Of a stretch of 11,499 nucleotides of DNA, positions 1 to 10,179 are shown piece after piece. The translations under genes were made by a program, and so were the position numbers. The DNA lies in NCBI GenBank assembly GCA_044229145.1, contig JBGATO010000107.1, positions 1 through 11,499 on the forward strand, in the 5' to 3' direction. Under the pieces are notes generated by a model, which was given only the letters and a program-made list of their open reading frames with translations, was not told the origin of the DNA and did not search any database. The stretch comes from Candidatus Eiseniibacteriota bacterium (GTDB lineage: Bacteria; Eisenbacteria; RBG-16-71-46; CAZEPH01). Numbering within the stretch: the first letter of the stretch is position 1; each line of letters starts with the position of its first letter.

Positions 1-546
1 GGCGCGTGCTTTGTCGAGGATCGCATCGATGAAGTTGCGCCCGCCGTGCCCGAACAGCCATGCGGTGCGGACCAGCGCGTGCGGACCGCGCGAAGCCAGC
101 ACGGCTTCTTCGCCGGCGCGCTTCGAGAGGGCGTAGACGCCGCGCGGCGCCACGGGATCGTCGGGGCGCCAGGGACGCGCGGCGCCGCCGGCCTGTTCGC
201 CGCCGAAGACGTAGTCGGTGCTGAGCGCGACGACGCGGACGCCGTGCGCGTCGGCGGCCTGCACGACGTGGCGCGTGCCGTCGGCGTTGAGGGCGAAGGC
301 GGCGGCTTCGTCGGATTCGGCGGCGTCGACGTTGGTGTAGGCGGCACAGTGGAGGATGACGTCGGGGCAGAACTCGGCGCAGGCGGCGGCGCACTGCGCA
401 GGGTCGGTGATGTCGAGCACGTATGCGCCGGCGAACGGCCCTTCGACGTCGAACACGGTGGGAATCGCTTCGTGCCCCGCGGCGCGCAGCGCGGTCACCG
501 CGACGCGGCCGAGGATGCCGGCGGCGCCGGTCACCAACACTTTCAC
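1..546 (-). CDS. rmlD: dTDP-4-dehydrorhamnose reductase (5' part; runs off the window edge; absent from the ORF track)
   Basis: Manual translation from GTG at 546 (GTGA overlap with the rmlA stop): MKVLVTGAAGILGR (Rossmann motif), ILHCAAYTNVDAAESD, LSTDYVF, YALSKRAGE (YxxxK), VRTAWLFGHGGRNF. These are RmlD/RfbD signature motifs. Confidence 0.93.
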   Translation of the reverse strand, partial: MKVLVTGAAGILGRVAVTALRAAGHEAIPTVFDVEGPFAGAYVLDITDPAQCAAACAEFCPDVILHCAAYTNVDAAESDEAAAFALNADGTRHVVQAADAHGVRVVALSTDYVFGGEQAGGAARPWRPDDPVAPRGVYALSKRAGEEAVLASRGPHALVRTAWLFGHGGRNFIDAILDKARA

Positions 547-1607
547 AGCACGTCGACCTGGCTCGAGTCCCCGATCATGAAGCGCAGCGCCTTGGGCGTG
601 CGCGCGGCGCCGCTCAGCACGACATCCTTGCCGATCAAGCTGCCTTCGATGCGCGCCGGCATCTCGCGGATCACGCTGCGCTCGAGCACGATCGAGTACT
701 CGATCTCGGACCGCTCGACGTGGACGCCATCGCCGATCGAGGTGAACGGGCCGACGTAGCTATCGCGCACCACGCAGCCGGCACCCAGCACGAGTGGTCC
801 GCGCAGGACGCTGCGCTCCACCACCGCGCCGTCGGCGATCACCACGTTGCCGTCGATCTGCGTCGCCGCGTCCACCATTCCGCGGACGTTGCGCTCCATC
901 GCCGAGAGGACGAGCCGGTTCGCCTCGAGCATATCCTCGAGCTTGCCGGTGTCTTTCCACCAACCGGTCACCAAATGCGACTTCACCTCGCGGCCGGAGT
1001 CGAGCAGATATTGGATGGCGTCGGTGATCTCGAGTTCGCCGCGCTTGGACGGCGTGATCGCGTTGACCGCCTCGAACACCGTCTGGTCGAAGAGATAGAC
1101 GCCGACCAGCGCGAGGTCGGATTTCGGCTGCGCCGGCTTCTCCTCGAGGCGCACCACGCGGCCGTCGCGCAGTTCGGCGACGCCGAACTCGTTCGGGTTC
1201 GGCACCTGCGTGAGGAGGATCTGGCAGTTCGGGCGATGTGCTTCGAAGTCGCGCACGATGTCGCTGACGCCGTCGCGCAGCAAGTTGTCGCCGAGGAACA
1301 TCAGGAACGACTCGCCGGCCATGTACTCCTGGCTGATCAGCACGGCGTGCGCGAGGCCGAGCGGCGCCTCCTGCTGCAGGTACGTCGCCTTGATGCCGAA
1401 GCGCGAGCCATCGCCGACCGCCGCCTTGATCTCCTCGGCGGTGTCGCCGACCACGATGCCGACCTCGGTGATGCCGGCCGCGCGGATCGCGTCGAGTCCG
1501 TAGAACAGGATCGGGCGATTGCCGATCGGCACCAGCTGCTTGGCGCTGGTGTGGGTGATCGGACGCAGTCGCGTACCCTTACCGCCGCTGAGGACGAGCG
1601 CTTTGAT
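543..1607 (-). CDS. rmlA: glucose-1-phosphate thymidylyltransferase, long form (354 aa if started at ATC 1607)
   Basis: The frame extends upstream of the ORF-track start (1532) to give (I/M)KALVLSGGKGTRLRPITHTSAKQLVPIGNRP. Also QEAPLGLAHAV, FLGDN, EKP, RGELEITDAIQ, WWKDTG and a C-terminal beta-helix-like region. SD AAAGGA at 1620-1615, 7 nt before ATC. Confidence 0.92.
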   Translation of the reverse strand: MKALVLSGGKGTRLRPITHTSAKQLVPIGNRPILFYGLDAIRAAGITEVGIVVGDTAEEIKAAVGDGSRFGIKATYLQQEAPLGLAHAVLISQEYMAGESFLMFLGDNLLRDGVSDIVRDFEAHRPNCQILLTQVPNPNEFGVAELRDGRVVRLEEKPAQPKSDLALVGVYLFDQTVFEAVNAITPSKRGELEITDAIQYLLDSGREVKSHLVTGWWKDTGKLEDMLEANRLVLSAMERNVRGMVDAATQIDGNVVIADGAVVERSVLRGPLVLGAGCVVRDSYVGPFTSIGDGVHVERSEIEYSIVLERSVIREMPARIEGSLIGKDVVLSGAARTPKALRFMIGDSSQVDVL

Positions 1608-1649
1608 GGTGGTGTCCTTTCTGCGCGCGCCGGCCGGCCGCGCGGCGCG

Positions 1650-4445
<2,796 letters not shown>

Positions 4446-4539
4446 GGACGAACGGCCTCCTGAACGGACGATGACGCTTGCGGCGCGCGCGACGGCGCGA
4501 TTCTCGGTTCGATGCGGCGCGCACGCATTGGCGTGCAGC

Positions 4540-5085
4540 TCAGCCGCGGCGCAGGGTTTTCCGCGCTGCGAGTCGCGGACGGGTGCTGAGCCCGTGCTCG
4601 CGCAACACCGTCTGCACCACCCGCGGCCCGAAACCGCGGCGCATCAGGTACCCCGCGAGCCGCCGGCCAAGTGCCGCGGCGGCTTCCGCATCGTCGGGCA
4701 CCCCGCCACGCAGACGCGACGCGGCGGCGCGACGCGCGAGATCTAGCTCGCTGACGTCTTCCGCGGCGTGCGCGACGCTGCGCGCGGCGGTCGCCTCGTG
4801 GACGCCGCGCCGGCGCAACTCCTGCACCACGACGCGCGGGGCACGGGGTGACGTCGCCAGCCGCGACATGGCATAGCTGGCGGACAGAGTAGCATCGTCC
4901 AAAAGCCCGGCAGCCGCAAGCCGCGCGATCTCCGCGCGGACCTGCTCCGCCTCGTAGCCGCGACGCCCGAGCGCCCGCGCCAACTCGCTGGCCGTGCGCG
5001 CCTTGAACGCCAAAAGGTTCAGAGCCGCATCGTGAATGTCCGGCGGTTCGCCGGTTTGTCGTCTCGTCCCCACCCGTCCTCCCAT
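4540..5085 (-). CDS. recX: recombination regulator RecX
   Basis: AALNLLAFKARTASEL, RLAAAGLLDD, QELRRRGV and GYLMRRGF match the RecX helical-repeat motifs. The gene lies between recA and alaS, a common order. Confidence 0.9.
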   Translation of the reverse strand: MGGRVGTRRQTGEPPDIHDAALNLLAFKARTASELARALGRRGYEAEQVRAEIARLAAAGLLDDATLSASYAMSRLATSPRAPRVVVQELRRRGVHEATAARSVAHAAEDVSELDLARRAAASRLRGGVPDDAEAAAALGRRLAGYLMRRGFGPRVVQTVLREHGLSTRPRLAARKTLRRG

Positions 5086-5094
5086 CGTTGCGCC

Positions 5095-5583
5095 CTAGGC
5101 GGCGTTTCGAGGCACGCGGCCACGACGCGGCCTCACCCGCAGCTCGACATCACATTCCAAAACGTGCAGCAACCGAAGGATCTGGTCGATCGACGTTCGC
5201 GTATTCGCAGGGTCCAGCAGCCGGTAGAACTGTGTCGCGGACGTCTGCAGCCGCCGGATGATCTCGCGCTTGGACAGTGGACTCGCCGCGACGCGCTCCT
5301 GGGCCTCACACGTGAGCCGCGCGAGCAGGAGATTTCGCAGATACGCCGGATCCTGGTTGTAGTCGAGCACCTGCTCGATGTGAATCGTCCCCGTCTTGCC
5401 CGACGCGAGCGCGTACGTAAACCCTTCGCAGGCGATCTCGGGATCCACGGCGCAACGCCTGACAGGATCTATCGCTGTCGGCCGCGGCGTGGCCTTCGCA
5501 TAGGGATAAGCCAAGCTACGGGCCCCCACCGTGATGTCGAAGGCCTTGCGTCGGTTGTTCGCCTTCACGGCGCGGAGCTTCAT
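5095..5583 (-). CDS. putative antitoxin / HTH transcriptional regulator (162 aa), C-terminal XRE-like HTH
   Basis: MKLRAVKANNRRKAFDITVG...SPLSKREIIRRLQTSATQFYRLLDPANTRTSIDQILRLLHVLECDVEL has an XRE-like HTH pattern. ATG at 5583 overlaps the stop of the upstream small ORF (ATGA). The ORF-track extension to 5856 overlaps that ORF and its promoter and is unlikely to be translated. Confidence 0.75.
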   Translation of the reverse strand: MKLRAVKANNRRKAFDITVGARSLAYPYAKATPRPTAIDPVRRCAVDPEIACEGFTYALASGKTGTIHIEQVLDYNQDPAYLRNLLLARLTCEAQERVAASPLSKREIIRRLQTSATQFYRLLDPANTRTSIDQILRLLHVLECDVELRVRPRRGRVPRNAA

Positions 5584-5774
5584 CGCCATTCGGATGCCTC
5601 GAGCTCGCGAATGAGCGCGCGAATGCGCCGCGTCATCCGTCCTTCCATGACCTGTTCGTGTTCGAGATCCCATTTCACGACGAACCGACCGTCTTTGTAC
5701 ACGTGCACGTGCCGTGGCGTGTGATCGCCCGCCCACATCAGGAACATCTATCCACCGCGCCTGGCCTTGCCAAT
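5580..5774 (-). pseudogene. DUF4160-like putative toxin, disrupted (ATT at expected start, in-frame TAG at codon 9)
   Basis: Manual translation: [63 protein letters not shown]. DHxPxHVHV is typical of DUF4160-like proteins. TAG is at 5750-5748; the residual ORF 5747-5580 is 55 aa. Confidence 0.7.
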
Positions 5775-5779
5775 GATTA

Positions 5780-5808
5780 GCGTTACCTCCCGAGGTACTG
5801 CTTGTCAA
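5780..5808 (-). promoter_or_regulatory. sigma70-type promoter of the TA-like module with an operator palindrome in the spacer
   Basis: TTGACA (5808-5803), a 17-nt spacer, then an imperfect -10 TAACGC (5785-5780). Perfect inverted repeat TACCTC-N2-GAGGTA at 5784-5797. Confidence 0.65.
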
Positions 5809-5855
5809 GTTCGCGCCCCGAAGCGCCTCGGGAGGAGCGCATGGGGTGAGAGCCA

Positions 5856-5890
5856 ACGAGGCTCCGAGGCGTGTCGCCCCGGAGCCCCGT
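5856..5890 (-). terminator. strong stem-loop downstream of recA (terminator or mRNA-stabilising hairpin)
   Basis: Minus-strand ACGGGGCTCCGGGGCG-ACA-CGCCTCGGAGCCTCGT forms a 16-bp stem whose two non-Watson-Crick positions are G-U pairs only on the recA strand. It starts about 20 nt after the recA stop. No clear U-tract follows. Confidence 0.6.
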
Positions 5891-5910
5891 GCGTGGTGTG
5901 TCGCGTGTGG

Positions 5911-7092
<1,182 letters not shown>

Positions 7093-7160
7093 CACCGTTT
7101 TCTGCCTCCTTGTACGTCGCGCGACGTGCCGCCCGTGGCATGGTCCCGTGAGATGGCCGG

Positions 7161-7183
7161 AGCATACAGGTCCCCTCCGACAA
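7161..7183 (-). promoter_or_regulatory. putative recA promoter matching the RecA-NDp/PafBC motif
   Basis: Minus strand reads T-TGTCGG-AGGGGACCTG-TATGCT, i.e. TGTCGG-N10-TA-N3-T, oriented toward recA and about 70 nt upstream of its start. Confidence 0.6.
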
Positions 7184-7195
7184 TTCGGGGCGCAG

Positions 7196-7209
7196 TGCAC
7201 AAAGGTGCC
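7196..7209. promoter_or_regulatory. putative LexA-type operator, box 1
   Basis: TGCAC-AAAG-GTGCC, a 9/10 match to TGCAC-N4-GTGCA, upstream of recA. Confidence 0.5.
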
Positions 7210-7238
7210 AAATGACAACCGGCGACGCAAGCAAATAC

Positions 7239-7252
7239 TGCACGTCAGTGCA
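7239..7252. promoter_or_regulatory. putative LexA-type operator, box 2
   Basis: TGCAC-GTCA-GTGCA, a perfect spaced palindrome that fits the Fibrobacter-type SOS box TGCNC-N4-GTGCA as I recall it. Confidence 0.6.
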
Positions 7253-7279
7253 ACATTCTCCCGTACGACCGAAGGCGCG

Positions 7280-7309
7280 TTGACAGCTCAGCTGGAGCAC
7301 TTGAATCAT
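7280..7309 (+). promoter_or_regulatory. putative sigma70 promoter of the divergent SpoIIAA-like gene
   Basis: Perfect TTGACA at 7280-7285 and a weak -10 AATCAT at 7304-7309 (18-nt spacer). Confidence 0.45.
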
Positions 7310-7330
7310 GGGACGCTGTTCCTCAGCTCA

Positions 7331-7344
7331 TCCACTTCAGTGCA
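7331..7344. promoter_or_regulatory. putative LexA-type operator, box 3
   Basis: TCCAC-TTCA-GTGCA, a 9/10 match. Its last base is the first base of the SD AGGAG (7344-7348) of the plus-strand gene. Confidence 0.5.
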
Positions 7345-7358
7345 GGAGCCCCGCAAGT

Positions 7359-7769
7359 ATGTCCTGGAATGTCACTTATCATGCGGATGACCACTACGTG
7401 GAAATGCGCTTGGAAGGTGTGTTGTCCGCAGACGAACTCACAGATGCCATCGAGGCGACGGTCACCGCGGTGGCCGACAACCACTGCCCGCGTGTGTTGG
7501 GAGACTGCCTCCTGCTGCGCGGCGGACACAACCTGATCGACCTGTACATGAAGGCCGACGAACTCGCGCGGAGCGGCAAGGCGCTCGGTGTCCGCGAGGC
7601 CCTCATCGAGCCCGAATCGGCGGACTCGGCCGAGCATACAGGATTTTGGCGCACGCTCGCCAATACGCGCGGCATGACCGTGCAGACCTTCCCCGACCAG
7701 CGTCGCGCACTGGCGTGGCTCCTCCGTGACGCGGAGGCGACGCAGTCCCGGACCGACGCGGGGAGCTAG
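7359..7769 (+). CDS. hypothetical protein, SpoIIAA-like (STAS/SEC14-type) fold, 136 aa
   Basis: SD AGGAG 10 nt before ATG 7359. The pattern VEMRLEGVLSADEL...PRVLGDC...GFWRTLANTRGMTVQTFPDQRRALAWL resembles SpoIIAA-like proteins ending in F.d.e.A.aWL. It fills the gap between recA and thpR. Confidence 0.75.
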   Translation: MSWNVTYHADDHYVEMRLEGVLSADELTDAIEATVTAVADNHCPRVLGDCLLLRGGHNLIDLYMKADELARSGKALGVREALIEPESADSAEHTGFWRTLANTRGMTVQTFPDQRRALAWLLRDAEATQSRTDAGS

Positions 7770-8330
7770 TCGAGAGTCATCGTGAGCGCGGCGCTCCCCC
7801 GCCGCGTATACACCGCGCCACGCGGATCCAAGACACTCTGCACCGTCGCCACCTCCCGCACGTCGAAGGTCACCGGCGCCACCTCGACTCGCTCCACCGC
7901 CGCACGCCAGTCGAATCCCGTCGCGGGCGACGGCATCCGCCCGAGCGTCACATGCGGGGCGAAGGGCTTGTCCGCCGCGCCGAATCCCGCGTCGCGCAGG
8001 GCGCCCTCGACGTCGGCCGCCAATGCGCGCAAGGCGTCGACCGCGCCATCGAGTCCCACCCACAACACGCGCGGCGCCCGCCACGAGGGAAACACGCCGG
8101 GCCGCGCCAGTGCCAGCGCGAACGGCGCATGCCGCGCTGCAGCCTCGCGCACTGCATCGTTCACGGTGGCGAGCCGCGCGTCCTCGACGTCGCCGAGGCC
8201 GCAGCGTCAGGTGGACATTACGGACCGGCGACCACCGCACGTCGGGCAACCGCGACCGCTCCGCGCGCTGCACTGCGGCGAGCGCCTCGGCGACCGCCGA
8301 GGGCACATCGATCGCCACGAACAGCCGCAT
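7766..8330 (-). pseudogene. thpR: RNA 2',3'-cyclic phosphodiesterase (2'-5' RNA ligase family), frameshifted at about 8198
   Basis: MRLFVAIDVP...VRW...NVHLTLR in one frame, then LGDVEDARL...GVFPSWRAPRVLWVG...FAPHVTLGR...GAVYT in another. Both HxT motifs are present. Adding 2 nt restores a 188-aa protein. Confidence 0.88.
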
Positions 8331-9579
8331 CGCCTAGTGCCTTCACGCCGAGCACCTTGCGCAGCAACTCCAACCCCATGGGCGTCGCGCGGTGCGTGAT
8401 CTCCTCGCGGCCGCCCGGGAACTCCCAGCGCTCGCACGCGGTGCCGGTGCGCGTCGCCACCGCGAGGAAGACGAGGCCGATCGGCTTGCCCTTCACCGCG
8501 CCGGTGGGGCCAGCGATGCCGGTCGAACTGACGGCGATGTCGGCGCTGAAACGCTTGCGGCCGCCCACCGCCATCGCCCGCGCGCATTCGTCGCTCACCG
8601 CGCCGACGCTGCGGAAGATGTCGTGCGGCACGCCGCAGACTTCCTGCTTGGTCAGGTCCGAATACGCGAGCACGCCGCCGAGGAAGTAGTCGCTGGCGCC
8701 CGGCGGCAGGTGGAGATGCGAGGCGATACGTCCTCCGGTGACCGACTCGGCGCACGCGACGCCGAGCGTCTTCTCGCGCAACAGCGCGCCGATCGCCTGT
8801 TCGTGCGTGGTCTCGCCCTCGCCGAAGAACGCGTGGCCCGCAGCGTCGCGCACGGCGGCGCGGATCGCCTCCTCGTCGGCGCGATCGGCCTCGGGGTTGG
8901 CGTCGTCGAACGCCACGCGCACGTCGACCAGGCCCCAGTGCGGCAAGTAGGCGACGTCGTGCGCGGCGAGTAGCGGCGCCACCGCGGCGCCGAGCTTCTC
9001 GGCCAACGCGGATTCGGCGATGCCGACGGTGCGGAACGTCACGAAGCGGCGCGGCGGCCGGCCCATCGCCGTCGCCACCCACGGGAAGAGATGCGTGTCG
9101 GCCAGCGGCATCAACTCGCGCGGCGGGCCGGGGAACACGAACAGCGTCCCGTCGGCGTCGTCGATGCGCAGGCCAGGCGCGGTGCCGTTGGCGTTCGGCA
9201 GCACGGTGGCGCCGCGCGGCACCATCGCTTGCACCGCGTTGCTCGGCGTCATCACGAACTTACGCGTGGCGAATCGCTCTTCGATCGCGTGCAGCACGCC
9301 GGCATCGAGCGCCAGCGGGCGCCCGGTGACCGCGACCACCGCGTCGCGCGTGCGATCGTCCACCGTCGGGCCGAGCCCGCCGATCGTCACGACGACGTCG
9401 GCCCGCGCGCGCGCCTCGCGCAACGTGGCGATCATTGCCGGCAGATGGTCGGGCACGGTGGCGTGCCACACCACACGCACGCCGGCGCGCGTCAGACCGT
9501 CGGCGATGTACGGGAAGTTGGTGTCGCGAGTGTGCGCGAGCAGGATCTCGGTGCCGATCGAGACGATGGCCGCGTTCAT
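8218..9579 (-). CDS. cinA: competence/damage-inducible protein CinA (MocF-like domain plus PncC NMN deamidase)
   Basis: IVSIGTEIL...DTN, GGLGPTVDDRTR, NANGTAPG, PGPPREL, AESVTGG, PGASDYFLGGVLAYS, GAVS, TGIAGPTG...KPIGLVF. SD GAGGAG upstream. The 3' end overlaps thpR. Confidence 0.95.
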   Translation of the reverse strand: MNAAIVSIGTEILLAHTRDTNFPYIADGLTRAGVRVVWHATVPDHLPAMIATLREARARADVVVTIGGLGPTVDDRTRDAVVAVTGRPLALDAGVLHAIEERFATRKFVMTPSNAVQAMVPRGATVLPNANGTAPGLRIDDADGTLFVFPGPPRELMPLADTHLFPWVATAMGRPPRRFVTFRTVGIAESALAEKLGAAVAPLLAAHDVAYLPHWGLVDVRVAFDDANPEADRADEEAIRAAVRDAAGHAFFGEGETTHEQAIGALLREKTLGVACAESVTGGRIASHLHLPPGASDYFLGGVLAYSDLTKQEVCGVPHDIFRSVGAVSDECARAMAVGGRKRFSADIAVSSTGIAGPTGAVKGKPIGLVFLAVATRTGTACERWEFPGGREEITHRATPMGLELLRKVLGVKALGDAAVRGDRCALGGRRGARRSAARGAVAVARRAVVAGP

Positions 9580-9612
9580 GGGGGCAGGACTCCTCGCGGC
9601 GTGGACCGCAGC

Positions 9613-10179
9613 TTACGGGTGAGGGCGCAAGTGCGCGATCGCGTACAGCGCCAGGTGGCTCGCCGCGCAGGCATACACGCCGGCGACGATGTCGTCCGCC
9701 ATCACGCCCTTGCCGCCACCGAGCAGTTGCGCGCGGTTGGCGGGTTCAGGCTTCGCGATGTCGAAGACGCGAAAGAAGACGAAAGCCAGCGTCACCGCCA
9801 GCAGCGTGTGCGGCAGGGCGATGAGCGCGATGAGCATGCCGGCGACTTCGTCGACGACGATGGCGTGCGCGTCGTGACCGAGCTGCTTCTCGGCATCGTC
9901 GGCCGCCCACACGCCGACCACGGTCGCGATCACCGCGGCCACCGCCACCGGCCAGCCGAAGTGATCGGCACGCACCGCGAACCACGCGGCCACCGCGACG
10001 ACGAGCGAGCCCCAGGTGGCCGGCGCCGGGCGCAGATAGCCGACGCCGCACTCGGTGGCGATCCACCGCGCGAGGTTACCGGAGAGATCGCGCCGCGGGC
10101 CGGTGCCTCGAGCGTCGGGATCGTCGCGCCGCTTGCCGCCCTTGGGCACGCGATGGAACTTCTCGGTCCAGCCGCTCAC
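9613..10179 (-). CDS. pgpA: phosphatidylglycerophosphatase A family protein
   Basis: GVGYLRPAPATWGSL, HDAHAIVVDEVAG, FVFFRVFDIAKP, GVMADDIVAG. The likely start is GTG 10179 (GTGA overlap with the recR stop); the exact start is uncertain. Confidence 0.9.
   Translation of the reverse strand: MSGWTEKFHRVPKGGKRRDDPDARGTGPRRDLSGNLARWIATECGVGYLRPAPATWGSLVVAVAAWFAVRADHFGWPVAVAAVIATVVGVWAADDAEKQLGHDAHAIVVDEVAGMLIALIALPHTLLAVTLAFVFFRVFDIAKPEPANRAQLLGGGKGVMADDIVAGVYACAASHLALYAIAHLRPHP

Noticed and set aside
4446..4539. T-box or attenuator upstream of alaS
   Set aside because: Only 94 nt, no T-box motif, and just a 6-bp hairpin (4521-4536).
5748..5750. Genome-wide TAG reassignment as an explanation for the amber codon in the toxin
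   Set aside because: alaS, recA, ybaB and thpR all end at TAG at their expected C-termini, so TAG is a normal stop here.
5086..5910. IS element or MITE as the vehicle for the TA insert
   Set aside because: No transposase, terminal inverted repeats or target-site duplication could be identified by eye.
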